Source of the DNA: a virus
Taxonomy: Duplodnaviria; Caudoviricetes
Length of the DNA stretch: 64,000 nucleotides
IMG/VR virus record: IMGVR_UViG_3300031134_000001
Coordinates: 96,001-160,000 of that record
Reading direction: 5' to 3' (one strand)
Position 1 is the stretch's first letter; each line of letters opens with the position of its first letter. This document shows, piece after piece, positions 17,029 through 27,589 of this stretch. Both the position numbers and the translations under genes were made by a program. Under the pieces are notes generated by a model. The model searched no databases. It worked only from the letters and a program-made list of their open reading frames with translations, and was not told where the DNA came from.

Positions 17029-18798
17029 TTACGCGGCAATCGTGGCTGTATTCTCCAGCGCTTTTTTACGGAGGAACGATTGGTACATTTGATCGAGGCT
17101 AGGCGCCTTGTACAAGTCTTGGCAAATCTCCAGTGCATTGACATGACCACCAGCCAAGTTAAAGCCGATGCGTCGCCGGATATGATCCGGAATGCCTTCG
17201 ATGTACATGAGCTCTCGGTGTGTGGTGTACTTCGAGATGTTCATGCAAATACCCTCGTTCGGGTACGTACCAGCAATGTCCAAGTCACCCACGCCAATGC
17301 GGATGTTGGTCGGTACGTGGTGCACTTCTTCCAAACACTTCAGCCCCGAGTCCATGACCAAGTGCGCCGGCAGCATCGTAATCCAACCTTTGCCGTTGAC
17401 GGTTTTGTCATCGTTCTCATCACGCATCTCATCGGACGTACTGGCTAGTACCCGGTCCTGCTGCAACAAGTCAAAGAAGAACTTATTGCACAGCTTCTTC
17501 GGTTGCGATGGGAACAGCGCGTAGTCTGTCGGACCAGAGTACAACGGGAAGTTCAGGTTCAAGTCACCTGTTACTTCATCGAGCATCTCCATGCCGATAC
17601 AGTCAAACACGTTGTAGACGACATATTCGAATTTGTAGAACTCTTGCAAGAACGCGTGCTTCTCCCGACCGTGGTAACCATCTGCTTCGGTAAAGTTCAG
17701 CTTACCGCGCTTGAGGTACTTGTCCATGATGTCGTCCAGCGAATAACTCGACTCTTCTTGCTGGCCTGTACGAATCTGGCGATAGGCGCACATCGCATCG
17801 ATAAAGTAGAACGATGCTGGGGTAGTAACGATATGCCACTGCTGGGATGGTGAGAGTGGTGTCGTGTCGCCGTTGGCTTTCTTCTTTTGCGCAGGCCCGA
17901 TCTTAAATTCGAAATGCTTGTAGTCTTGGGGCATTCGTGGGTCGGAGAACACTTGCGCTGGATCGTCGCCATTAGCTTGCAAGGCTTCGAGCATTTTCAC
18001 CATGTCGAACTTGATGTTCCAGATGGCCAAGAAGTCAGGCTGCCATTCATGGGACTTGGCGATAACTGCTTTAACCACGTCCGCTGCCGTATCGACCAAC
18101 ACCACTTCCCACGTGATGTTACGCTGCTTCATCACGTCGCCGATGTAGTGCTGCATGGCTTCATGCAGCTTTTGTTCGACGTTAATGTGACCATCGAAGA
18201 AGGAACGTTTGATCGCCGTGAAGACGCGCTCTTTCATCGAGATCGTCTGCATGATGACTTCTTCTTCTTTACTGTGCATGTTCGTTTCCGTATCTGTCGC
18301 AGCCATGGTAGCTAGGCCGCGCAGTTGAGGGAACATGTCCATGTACATCTTCTTGAGCAGCGTCGTAGACGTCACGTCGGTGCCGTACAGATACGGTGAG
18401 CGAGCCAGCTTACGCATGTTGTCGCGCTCTGCTGGGAACGGTAACCCATAACGCTTGCGGGCTTTGTCGGTACGCTCGATCAGTTCTTTGCGTACTTTCT
18501 TTTGCAGTTCCGATTCCGTGCACACGAATTCGGTCAAGTCTGCCATCTCAGCAAACTCACGCTTTTCTTTGTGTTGCTGCACACCTGGCCGCTCAATCCA
18601 GAACTTGCGTTTGAAGTCTTTCTTGATGACGGTGTGTGGTACGAGAACAATCTTATCGCCTTCTTTGACGTGAGCAACACGTTTGATAAAATGAATATCC
18701 GGCATGCCCTGATCTGGCGGTGCGCAGTAAGTGCTATGCCGGCATTCGAAACCCAAGATGTCGTCCGGGTTGTACTCTTTGATATTCTTGATTTTCAT
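17029..18798 (-). CDS. Split family-B DNA polymerase, exonuclease-containing subunit (phiKZ gp82-like)
   Basis: ExoI DTET, ExoII WNIKFD, ExoIII YNVFD, and polymerase motif-A-like DLDIAGTYP. The ORF ends before motifs B and C. Confidence 0.85.
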   Translation of the reverse strand: MKIKNIKEYNPDDILGFECRHSTYCAPPDQGMPDIHFIKRVAHVKEGDKIVLVPHTVIKKDFKRKFWIERPGVQQHKEKREFAEMADLTEFVCTESELQKKVRKELIERTDKARKRYGLPFPAERDNMRKLARSPYLYGTDVTSTTLLKKMYMDMFPQLRGLATMAATDTETNMHSKEEEVIMQTISMKERVFTAIKRSFFDGHINVEQKLHEAMQHYIGDVMKQRNITWEVVLVDTAADVVKAVIAKSHEWQPDFLAIWNIKFDMVKMLEALQANGDDPAQVFSDPRMPQDYKHFEFKIGPAQKKKANGDTTPLSPSQQWHIVTTPASFYFIDAMCAYRQIRTGQQEESSYSLDDIMDKYLKRGKLNFTEADGYHGREKHAFLQEFYKFEYVVYNVFDCIGMEMLDEVTGDLNLNFPLYSGPTDYALFPSQPKKLCNKFFFDLLQQDRVLASTSDEMRDENDDKTVNGKGWITMLPAHLVMDSGLKCLEEVHHVPTNIRIGVGDLDIAGTYPNEGICMNISKYTTHRELMYIEGIPDHIRRRIGFNLAGGHVNALEICQDLYKAPSLDQMYQSFLRKKALENTATIAA

Positions 18799-18948
18799 GT
18801 GCTGTGCATTCCAAGTAGGTTAAGTGATTATCAGTATGACTTCCCCGATAACAGGCGCTTATTGTTGTGGTTATTGTGCTGAGCCAGATGATAGCACTCG
18901 CTGTTATTTTTACTTTTTACCCTCTAGGTTAATAAGGATACCTTAACC

Positions 18949-20262
18949 ATGCATCGCATGCCCCTGCTCTCTACCGAGGCAATTCACTATCAAGATACGC
19001 AGACGTTCAAAGAACTGGAGTTGGCATTTCGCGACATCATGTTCCAGACCGGCTCTGCCTACGAAGAACAACAACGCCGCAACGAACAGCTGATCGAAGC
19101 CATTATCAACAACCGCTTCAACTCGAACTGCTCGATCTCGTTCGGCGACGAATGGCCGTGCGTGCGTATCTACGACGAATACCAGAACAGTGTGCTGGTA
19201 CGTAACGAGTGGCGCGAGTTCTTCGCTGCCCAACTGAACTTCACCAAACGCTTCATCGGTGGCTCCGGCGGCATCAAGGCCGGCGTGAACATCATGAACG
19301 GTAAGCTCTCGGGTCTGTTTTCCCAGCTGCCGTTTACCATCTACCTGCCTGACATGATGCTCAAGCGTAATGCACGCTCGACAGAAGGCTACTCGATTCC
19401 AGCGCAGTACCGCGTCACTTCGGAAGAGATGGCATCAATCGTCCTGCACGAGATCGGGCACTTCTTCACGTACTGCGAAACGTTCAGCCGTACCGTCACG
19501 ACCAACCAAGCACTGGCTGCGATGGTCAAAGAACTCGACGGCAACTACTCGGTGGAAAAGCGTGAAGTCATCATCGCGCGTACCGTGGACGACTTGAAGC
19601 TTAAAGACGTGAACGTGGCTGCCCTGTCCAAAGTGAACAACAGCGCTATCCTGGAAACAGCGATCGTCTCGGAAGTGGCGGAGCAGTCACGTACGGAACT
19701 GGGCATCAGTATCTACGACTCGACCGCGTCGGAACAACTGGCTGACCAATTCGCTACCCGCTTCGGCGCTGGCGTTCACCTGATGACCGGCCTGAATAAA
19801 ATTCACGCGCTGTTCGGTGGCACCAACGCTACGAGCAGCACGCCATGGTTTGTGTTTGGCCAGATCATGTCGATCGCCATCATGTTCATTCCGCCAATCT
19901 GCATCCTGACCATTCCGCTGAACATCATCGGTATCTTAATGGGTGGCTTCGGTGACGCTGGTGACAACACCTACGACACACCGGAGATTCGTTTCCGCCG
20001 GATCAAGCAAGACACGATCAACCGCCTGAAGAACCGCGCCATCTCGGACGTTGAGCGCAAGCGTACGCTGGCTGATCTGGAAGCGATGGACAAAGCGATG
20101 CAAGGCGTTCGCGACAAACGCGAGTGGACCGAAATGGTTGCCCAGACCATCATCCCTGTGTACCGTCGTCACCGCAAAACCAAACTGCTGCAACAGCAGC
20201 TCGAACAACTGGCCAGCAACCCACTCTTCGTGCGCGCTGCTGAACTGAACACTTTACTGTAA
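18949..20262 (+). CDS. Virion (head/ejection) protein with HExxH zincin-like motif and a hydrophobic segment
   Basis: IVLHEIGH and EQLADQFATRFG, plus a ~35-aa hydrophobic stretch. N-terminal LSTE fits the S/A/G-x-E prohead protease site. First gene of the structural block. Confidence 0.6.
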   Translation: MHRMPLLSTEAIHYQDTQTFKELELAFRDIMFQTGSAYEEQQRRNEQLIEAIINNRFNSNCSISFGDEWPCVRIYDEYQNSVLVRNEWREFFAAQLNFTKRFIGGSGGIKAGVNIMNGKLSGLFSQLPFTIYLPDMMLKRNARSTEGYSIPAQYRVTSEEMASIVLHEIGHFFTYCETFSRTVTTNQALAAMVKELDGNYSVEKREVIIARTVDDLKLKDVNVAALSKVNNSAILETAIVSEVAEQSRTELGISIYDSTASEQLADQFATRFGAGVHLMTGLNKIHALFGGTNATSSTPWFVFGQIMSIAIMFIPPICILTIPLNIIGILMGGFGDAGDNTYDTPEIRFRRIKQDTINRLKNRAISDVERKRTLADLEAMDKAMQGVRDKREWTEMVAQTIIPVYRRHRKTKLLQQQLEQLASNPLFVRAAELNTLL

Positions 20263-20280
20263 CTACAAGGACCCATCGTC

Positions 20281-20811
20281 ATGAACCCAAAATACTTCGG
20301 CTTGAATGAAGCCATCGGCAAACTGATCAAAGTGCCAGCCGTCCAAGGCCGCATCGTCGCCATCGCTGTTGCTCTGGCTGCATCGAGTCAAGCGCACATG
20401 CCTTCGTCGCAACTGGAAAACCCGTCGGCGTTCTACGGCGAACAAGTGCACGGCTTCGTGGCTGAGAAGATCTCGGAAGTCGGCGAGTCGGTGATCTTCG
20501 CCAGCAACCTGTCGCTGGACTACGCGCAGATGTTCTGGAAGATGCGTTACACCGCAGCCTATCCAAACCGCATGCTGGTGGACAACGCATACCAAATCGA
20601 TCGCCTGCTGTCGGTACGCGCTTCGACCAGCCTGGACATCACGTCGATCTGGTCGGGCGGTCTCTTGGACGTCTCGGAAGAAATGAGCCAGTTCATGAAC
20701 ACCTACCGCGCCGAGATTATGGGCGTGGCTACGCGTGTGGCACTGATCCTGCAAGTGGAAGAAGTGCGTGACGGTGACCTGAACCCGACCGCTGCGGCAG
20801 GAGTGCTGTAA
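20281..20811 (+). CDS. Putative virion structural protein
   Basis: 176 aa in the structural operon, with an N-terminal GLNE candidate cleavage site. Confidence 0.6.
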   Translation: MNPKYFGLNEAIGKLIKVPAVQGRIVAIAVALAASSQAHMPSSQLENPSAFYGEQVHGFVAEKISEVGESVIFASNLSLDYAQMFWKMRYTAAYPNRMLVDNAYQIDRLLSVRASTSLDITSIWSGGLLDVSEEMSQFMNTYRAEIMGVATRVALILQVEEVRDGDLNPTAAAGVL

Positions 20812-22175
20812 TGTCCTTCATTGACGTCACCGCAGCACTGGCCAAAGCCAATGGCGACAACGTCGTGTTGGCAGCACCTACCGACGAAAGTCTGAACGCC
20901 GGCGCATTCCTGCCCGATGAACCAGTTGGCGATGTCTTAACCAACGAAGTGCCGGGCGATCCGAACGTGATCCTGGACGCACTGAACAAGCTCAACGAGC
21001 CAGTGGCGACCGAATCGATTTTCAACAACCTGGACTATCTGCGTAAGGACATGCTGAGCCTGCGCGGCATGAACCAGAAGATCGCTACCGAAGCCATGAC
21101 GCTTTTGCCCAACTTCGGCCAAGGTCGTCCGGTGAACTTCTACAGCCGTCACGTCTCGCCAACCGGTTACAGCGTCGCGCTGGAAGAAATCGAAGCTGGC
21201 ATGCAAAGCGATCTGCTCTCTTCAATCGCTGGCCAGATCAATCGTCTGGAATCGATGGTGGCAACGCCAGGCAACGGCTTCGTGCTGGAAAACCTCGACT
21301 TCAAACGCCGCGCTGATCAAGTCGTGAACCAAGGCTGTCTGTTGGAAGAGTTCGCTACTACGCTGGCGACCCGAACCGCCTTCCAATGGGACGACGCAAC
21401 GTTCCGTGGTTGCGTGGTTGACCCAACGCAGAACACCATGGTGCCTGCTGTCTTGGGTATCCCTGTCAAAGTGGCGCACGGGTTTGGTGAGATGGATGCG
21501 TACTACACTGCCCACAACGATGCTCCAGCGATGCTGGAAATCATGGAGTCGTATCTGAAGGAGTGGCTGGATCTGTTTGTTGGCATCACTGACCAACTCA
21601 AGCAAACCGACACCAAGATCAGCAGCGACACGCCTAAAGCACCCACGGTGTACTTCGGCGGCGGTGGCAAGAGCACCACGCTGGTGAACATCGCCGATGT
21701 GTTCCGTTCGGCCGCTGACAAGGTCGTTGATCCAGACCCATCCACACTCAACACCTTAACGCTGGTCAAGGCTGTGGGCAACGCTGCGCAACAAGCGCGG
21801 GTCGACGACATCATGTCGCGTGGCAAAGCGTTCGTGGAAGTGGCTACTCAAGTGGCTGCTGTACTCAAAGGTCTGAGTTCGGCGTTGCAGTCGAGCCCTA
21901 ACGTGGACCACATCAGCGCCGTGCACAAGCTGGTCGGTGATTTCGCAGTCGCCTCGCAAGCACTCAACGCTGGTTACACGGAAATGCTGCGCTGGTGTGT
22001 GAACGCCAGCATCGCTACGTCGTATGCTGGCACGTTGGCTGCCAAGGTCGGCGAAGTCGCATGGAAGGCTGCGCAGCAATGCCGCGAGACCATCCAGATG
22101 TCCGAGCACACCTACGTGTCGCTCAAAGTGCGTGCTGAGCTGATGCAAGCTGCACTCACCCAAAACGCAATGTAA
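20811..22175 (+). CDS. Putative head/inner-body protein
   Basis: 454 aa. ATES and ALEE candidate protease sites; helical Ala-rich C-terminus. Confidence 0.6.
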   Translation: MSFIDVTAALAKANGDNVVLAAPTDESLNAGAFLPDEPVGDVLTNEVPGDPNVILDALNKLNEPVATESIFNNLDYLRKDMLSLRGMNQKIATEAMTLLPNFGQGRPVNFYSRHVSPTGYSVALEEIEAGMQSDLLSSIAGQINRLESMVATPGNGFVLENLDFKRRADQVVNQGCLLEEFATTLATRTAFQWDDATFRGCVVDPTQNTMVPAVLGIPVKVAHGFGEMDAYYTAHNDAPAMLEIMESYLKEWLDLFVGITDQLKQTDTKISSDTPKAPTVYFGGGGKSTTLVNIADVFRSAADKVVDPDPSTLNTLTLVKAVGNAAQQARVDDIMSRGKAFVEVATQVAAVLKGLSSALQSSPNVDHISAVHKLVGDFAVASQALNAGYTEMLRWCVNASIATSYAGTLAAKVGEVAWKAAQQCRETIQMSEHTYVSLKVRAELMQAALTQNAM

Positions 22176-22222
22176 CATCATAGCTCCCGCCACCCACACC
22201 GGGTAGCGGGAGTCTATGCCGT
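22175..22222. terminator. Bidirectional hairpin flanked by ACATCATA / TATGCCGT
   Basis: CTCCCGC...GCGGGAG stem filling the gap between convergent stops; no U-tract. Confidence 0.7.
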
Positions 22223-22224
22223 CA

Positions 22225-25164
22225 TTACGACGTAATTACTTTGCGGAACGAGATCGTCACATCTTCCTCCGCCGCTAACGTACCGTCAGCCAGTGCCACC
22301 AAACGCTTACGGATAGACAAGCGATCCGTATCGTCAGCCACAGTGACCACCGAGTAGTTCTCAGCACCACCCAAGCCCGTGATCTGGATAGACACCACGT
22401 CGGAGCCATACGCTTGACGCAGGTTGTCCACGATTTCGGAAGTCGACACGGTCTTGTGTTTAAGTGCTTCAGAGAGCACCGACACCGTGGTTTCTTCCAG
22501 ACGCCCTTTCAAGTTCGGGTTGTCGTAGACTTGCTTGGAGACGCCGAGCGTCACGTTAAACGCTTGACCAGCTGGGATGTTGGTTCGCGCTTCATCCAGA
22601 ATGAACACGCTGATCATGCCGTTCGTGGTCTTCGGATAGAAGTAGATCCGGGTCTTGTCCAAGAGCGCACCCTTGAAGGTTTCCAGATCATTGGCAATCC
22701 ACTTAACCAGCGCATTGGTCAGTGCCGTACGGTAGGTCGCTGTGGTGGTATCAGTAGCGAACCAATACACACCCTCGATCAACATTAGATCGATTTGACG
22801 CAACATGCCGCGTGGGTTGGCTTGGATGAGTTGGCCGCTACTGTCGCGCTTGAAGTCACCTTTGCGATACCGATACGTAGGTTTGCCATCGCTACCCAGA
22901 ATCGGATCACCCTTGTGATGCAATGTCGTGTAGACCAGAGCGCCATCCACGATCTTGAGCTTCGTGCCATCGGCGTTATACTGGTAGACTTCTTCAGTAT
23001 AGAAAGCTGGTTGGTCTTCTTCCCAAGCTTCATACACAATCGACGATACCACTGAGCGAGCGCGAGTCCAGAGCATGTCAAGCGCTTCACCAAACTTCAG
23101 CTTGATGCGCTCGTGGTTAATACCCGCCACTTGGTTAGGCAGCAAATGGTGACCGACGTAGTCGTCCACTTGATTGGCGATCCAACGACCCGACAAAATC
23201 GCCGATGTGGAATACACCAGATCGAACGAATTAAGCAGTGGCGACTTGGTGATCCGCGCTTCCGAGTTGTACATGGTGAACTTGGTCAAGTCCAGCATGT
23301 TGTTGGCGTCAACGTTAAACGTGGTGCCCAGGTTAAAGTCAAACACCCGTTCATCCGTCTCTGTCTTACCAACTAACACACCGTTCAGGTAAGCGCGGTC
23401 ACGCTCGCCAAATGGGATGTAAGCCAGTTGCGCAAACACTTGGTTATCTGGAATTGCCTTGTACGTCTCATCCGAACGCGACACCACCCGCAGCGTGTAA
23501 CCGCCGGCAGTACGCAGCAGCGCGTACGTGGCAGTACCAACCAACATCATCGTGGTGTCGTTTTGTTTCACGAACACTTTTGATTCTGCTTCCGGATCAT
23601 TCAAGTAGTAAGGACGAATCTCGAACGCGTTGTTGGTGGTGTCAACAACGTAGTGGAACGGTGTGGTCAGGAAATTACCCACGGTCACTTCCAGCGCCCG
23701 CTTGTCTGGCGGCAGAGCCAGCAGACGTTTGATTTCTGCTTCTTTGACAGGCCGGGTAACGCCGTCAACGATCTGGTAAACCGTCTCTGGTGTGATGGTT
23801 AAGCTTGCGCCGTTGTCCACCACAGTCGACAATCCCGCTAGGGCCTCTGTAGAGATCGTCAGCGTCTCGATCGAGGCCGCAGCCGCCGTGAGTAGCTTGT
23901 TGACCGCGGACGTCGCGTTGGTGGCTTTAACGAGCTCAGGCGAGGGCATCTCCCGCGTGGCCAGATACACCCGGTTCGTCACGTTGTCCACGTTCTTGAC
24001 AACATCGTAACCAGCATTGCGGATTTGGGTCTCCAACTGCGCTGGCGTGATCGGTTCACGGATGGTGCCAGTGGCGTTGTTAATCACGTTGGTGCGCAGC
24101 GTCGCCATGTCCATTTCGTTCTTACCGCCAATCACGGTGTCGTTCGAATACACAGCCACGTTCATGTTCGGTAGCGCCGCCGAGAAGGGATTGCCTTCTT
24201 CGTTGGAGTCAAACGTTTTCCACGTCACGCTCACCGCATCACCCCGGTAGTCAACCAATGGCAAGTTGACTTGGCCTTTGGTCTGATACAGGTCCACCCG
24301 GATGGTGGAATAGAGCTGACCGGTCGTGACGTAGATCTGTGGAATCTTCACCGCCAAGAAACCATTTAACACACGCAGCACCGCGGTTGGACGCTTAACG
24401 TCATACACGCTTTCGGCATGCGTGGTCAAGAGTTCTTCCCAAGCGCCTGTGCGGGTGTTCTTGTGGTAGACCCGTGCGTAGTAGAACTGGTCAGCGATCT
24501 CCATGGTCATGATGAGATCTTTGGCCCGGCTCAACGGCGTGTGCATGGACCGGATACTGAACTGCGTGGTAGGCACATCGAACTTGACGTATTCTTCGTA
24601 CAGACCATCTTCTAAGATTTCGTAGTCGATGGTGTTACTCTCCAGGGCCTGGAGAGGTGAGACGACGTCGTTGTCGTAGGTGATTTGCAAACCACCGTGC
24701 GCCAGTTGCCGGATCTCGATTGGGTATTGCAAGCTGAATGTATAGACATCGGCAGTGAAATACGTGTTGCGAGGAATGACCAACTTCTTGTAGCCAGTCT
24801 CCGGTTCGATGCGCATGGCGTGTAGCAACTCGCTCTTGTTAAAGCGCAGGCTAAAGAGCGCTGTGGCTGGAATCGAGAAGCGGTTGATGTAGTCCTTATC
24901 GGACATGTGCAGATACAAGTCTTCTTGCGTCTGCGACAGCGAAGGATAACGCCGACGACTTTCAGCTGCGTGCTGCTGCATGAACGCAGCCGTCTCGTAG
25001 GCTGACGATGACAACGCTTGCACAAATGGCGAGGTTGCATCAAACACTTGTTGTTCGCCGTTGTTGATCTCGGTTAACGCTTGCACCACCACACGCTGCA
25101 AAGCGCTTGGGTTAAAGCGAAAACTACTGATATCATCAATCAGCTTTTGGGAAGCCAAAGTCAT
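22225..25164 (-). CDS. Large virion protein, baseplate wedge candidate (phiKZ gp87-like)
   Basis: 979-aa beta-rich ORF on the opposite strand, paired with the next gene as in phiKZ gp87/gp88. Synteny. Confidence 0.55.
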   Translation of the reverse strand: MTLASQKLIDDISSFRFNPSALQRVVVQALTEINNGEQQVFDATSPFVQALSSSAYETAAFMQQHAAESRRRYPSLSQTQEDLYLHMSDKDYINRFSIPATALFSLRFNKSELLHAMRIEPETGYKKLVIPRNTYFTADVYTFSLQYPIEIRQLAHGGLQITYDNDVVSPLQALESNTIDYEILEDGLYEEYVKFDVPTTQFSIRSMHTPLSRAKDLIMTMEIADQFYYARVYHKNTRTGAWEELLTTHAESVYDVKRPTAVLRVLNGFLAVKIPQIYVTTGQLYSTIRVDLYQTKGQVNLPLVDYRGDAVSVTWKTFDSNEEGNPFSAALPNMNVAVYSNDTVIGGKNEMDMATLRTNVINNATGTIREPITPAQLETQIRNAGYDVVKNVDNVTNRVYLATREMPSPELVKATNATSAVNKLLTAAAASIETLTISTEALAGLSTVVDNGASLTITPETVYQIVDGVTRPVKEAEIKRLLALPPDKRALEVTVGNFLTTPFHYVVDTTNNAFEIRPYYLNDPEAESKVFVKQNDTTMMLVGTATYALLRTAGGYTLRVVSRSDETYKAIPDNQVFAQLAYIPFGERDRAYLNGVLVGKTETDERVFDFNLGTTFNVDANNMLDLTKFTMYNSEARITKSPLLNSFDLVYSTSAILSGRWIANQVDDYVGHHLLPNQVAGINHERIKLKFGEALDMLWTRARSVVSSIVYEAWEEDQPAFYTEEVYQYNADGTKLKIVDGALVYTTLHHKGDPILGSDGKPTYRYRKGDFKRDSSGQLIQANPRGMLRQIDLMLIEGVYWFATDTTTATYRTALTNALVKWIANDLETFKGALLDKTRIYFYPKTTNGMISVFILDEARTNIPAGQAFNVTLGVSKQVYDNPNLKGRLEETTVSVLSEALKHKTVSTSEIVDNLRQAYGSDVVSIQITGLGGAENYSVVTVADDTDRLSIRKRLVALADGTLAAEEDVTISFRKVITS

Positions 25165-25167
25165 GGT

Positions 25168-26262
25168 TTATCCTTGCGGGTTCTTGAATTTTTGAATTAC
25201 CGAAGTGAGCTGCCGGTATTCGTCTTTGCGCACCCACCATTCGAGTTCGTACGTCTCTAAGTTAATGCGCGGATAACCGCGGTAGTTAAAGATGGGTAAC
25301 TCGGCGATGGGGATTTTCTGGAAGATCGTCTCACGTGTGCCGTCTGCCATGGCGGGGTTGAACCACTGTTCACTACACTGGTTAAACTCCCACATCAAAA
25401 TGTCGTCATGATACAAGGCGCCGGTATTGACAAAGTGCACACTCACTTGCTGCAGACCAGTGTTGACTTGACCTTCACCCACATCCGTCTCGTGGTTAAA
25501 CACAGCACCAGTTGGATTAGATACAGGAAAACCCCAACCGGTGGCGCCAATGCGCAGAACAAACTGCTTCTTTTCGTCTAAGACCAAACGATAGATGCGA
25601 GTGTCGTAATCCACCTCGTTTTCGAGGATGGCGTCGAAGTACGGCATGATGTCGTTGAAGTACACGCCCCGACCGTAAGTCTCCCAGTAAGAGAACAGCG
25701 CTGTGAGCGGGTCACCCGAGACGTTGCGGAAGTTCGCGGTTAAGTCCACGATCCGGTTAATCTCGTTGGTGCCGTCGTAAAGCGCGAACTGCTCTTGCCG
25801 GATACCAGCTTGCGAAGTCGAGTATTGCATCGCTTCGTCTGGCCAACCTGGCAAACTGATTAACAGGTTTGACAGCAGCGGAATGAACGGCATGCAAGGA
25901 TCGACGTACGGACTGGTGAAATCACCCTTCTTGTTACCAACTGGATCTAACCAGCATCGGATAATGCGTTGCAGCGAATCTTCGCGCGTCGATAGCATCG
26001 GCGCGAGCTTACGCATGATGCGCAAATTCTGGTCTGACAAGTTCATCCGTGGACGGGTGAAAAAGGTCAAACCAAATTGATCCTTATTAATTGGTATGAG
26101 ACTCGGCGCTTGCCTGTGGTTAATTCCACTGAAATTATCACCGATCGCCGTGGTGTGTAGTCCGGCTGGCGAGATCCGAAAAACGTCGTCAACCTCGGAA
26201 GATTTAGTCGGCGTGGCGCTATAGTCAACGTTCCGATAAACGTTAGAATTATCATCGGCCAT
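25168..26262 (-). CDS. Virion structural protein (phiKZ gp88-like, tail/baseplate)
   Basis: 364 aa, divergent from the inner-body genes. Synteny. Confidence 0.55.
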   Translation of the reverse strand: MADDNSNVYRNVDYSATPTKSSEVDDVFRISPAGLHTTAIGDNFSGINHRQAPSLIPINKDQFGLTFFTRPRMNLSDQNLRIMRKLAPMLSTREDSLQRIIRCWLDPVGNKKGDFTSPYVDPCMPFIPLLSNLLISLPGWPDEAMQYSTSQAGIRQEQFALYDGTNEINRIVDLTANFRNVSGDPLTALFSYWETYGRGVYFNDIMPYFDAILENEVDYDTRIYRLVLDEKKQFVLRIGATGWGFPVSNPTGAVFNHETDVGEGQVNTGLQQVSVHFVNTGALYHDDILMWEFNQCSEQWFNPAMADGTRETIFQKIPIAELPIFNYRGYPRINLETYELEWWVRKDEYRQLTSVIQKFKNPQG

Positions 26263-26296
26263 TTAGAAACCCTTGTACGGAAAAAAGGAAAAAGTA

Positions 26297-27568
26297 ATGT
26301 ATAGCGATATCGTGGGTGGTGGACTTACTGTCCTCAACCAAGCAGGTAATTTACTGCGCAATGGAGCTGCTAGCGATTCGCTGGTGGACTTCACCAAAGT
26401 CGGTCGTGTCGAGCCAATCGTTCTGATCGAACAAAATGCCATGCACCTGGACTGCATCGGTGAAGTGCAACAATCGTTGCTGTCGATCTTCTCGGGCTAC
26501 TACCTGCAAGCTGCGTCGCTGATGAACACCATCGGCAATGTGCGTGTGCTGGAACGCCTGGATGCATTGAATCCAAACCGTAGTCCAGTCAACGCTGGTA
26601 TTTCGTCGTGGCTCGTGGCTTCCGAATCGTACGAACACGGCCTGCCATTCGGTAACAACACCCGTCTGCAAGTAGCTGTCGAATCGTTCGGCACCGGTCT
26701 GGGTGTGGGTTCTGGCGGCTCGGGCAGTGGTCAGAACAAAAAGACGCAGGGTCGTACTGGCTCCGGTCCAGCCGCAGGCGGCATGGGTGGCATGGGTGCA
26801 CAACAAGCCCCAGCCCCAGCCTCAGGCGCCGGCAGCATGATCGACACCATGGCTGACAAGAGCTACGGTCGCGCTGGTAGCGGTAACCCGCAATCGATCA
26901 GCAAAGACATCGGTCGCACCATGACTGAACTGGCCAACCTGTCGGTCGGTAAAGCATACGAGATCGTCATCAGCGATGGTCAGAGCAACGTGCCAGTGCA
27001 AATCAACATTCGCCTGATCGCTTCGGTCCTGCCGACTCCCGATCTTGTTCATATTTTAGCCACGGGTAGCGACGACACGTCGTTCAAAGAACGTTGGCAC
27101 GGTATGAAGTCGGGCAAGCTCGCGTTCTGGAAAGACCTCGTGTTCTGCAACGACCTGATCGACAAGCGCCGTAACGACCTGATGAAAGACAAGTCCGGCA
27201 CGCTGGGTAACCTCTCGCGCGCCGACCTGGGCAATACCATCACGTCGGTCATCACCGGCCAACCAACCATCGCGTCGTCCTCGGCCATGGTGGTCCTGAC
27301 CAAAGACAGCGCTGAAAGTCTGGAACTGCAACTGGAAGGTAAACTGTCGAAGTTCGACGTACGTCAACGCATGATGAAGAAGACCGCCCTGATGATCATG
27401 GCGATCGTCGATGAAGTCGACTACAACACCGTGACGTTCTACCACCGCAACATCGCCACGCCAACGACCATCCGCATCAAGGACCTGAAGGCATCGTCGA
27501 AGGGCAATGGCCCGGACATCGGCGAGATCTTGAAAGCGTTCATGGGCGGTCACGCTCCGGCCCTGTAA
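26297..27568 (+). CDS. Inner-body/head protein (phiKZ gp89-like) with a G/S/A-rich insert
   Basis: ATG at 26297 after AAGGA. ASES and AVES candidate cleavage sites. Synteny. Confidence 0.6.
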   Translation: MYSDIVGGGLTVLNQAGNLLRNGAASDSLVDFTKVGRVEPIVLIEQNAMHLDCIGEVQQSLLSIFSGYYLQAASLMNTIGNVRVLERLDALNPNRSPVNAGISSWLVASESYEHGLPFGNNTRLQVAVESFGTGLGVGSGGSGSGQNKKTQGRTGSGPAAGGMGGMGAQQAPAPASGAGSMIDTMADKSYGRAGSGNPQSISKDIGRTMTELANLSVGKAYEIVISDGQSNVPVQINIRLIASVLPTPDLVHILATGSDDTSFKERWHGMKSGKLAFWKDLVFCNDLIDKRRNDLMKDKSGTLGNLSRADLGNTITSVITGQPTIASSSAMVVLTKDSAESLELQLEGKLSKFDVRQRMMKKTALMIMAIVDEVDYNTVTFYHRNIATPTTIRIKDLKASSKGNGPDIGEILKAFMGGHAPAL

Positions 27569-27589
27569 TTTAACTGGACATCATTTACC

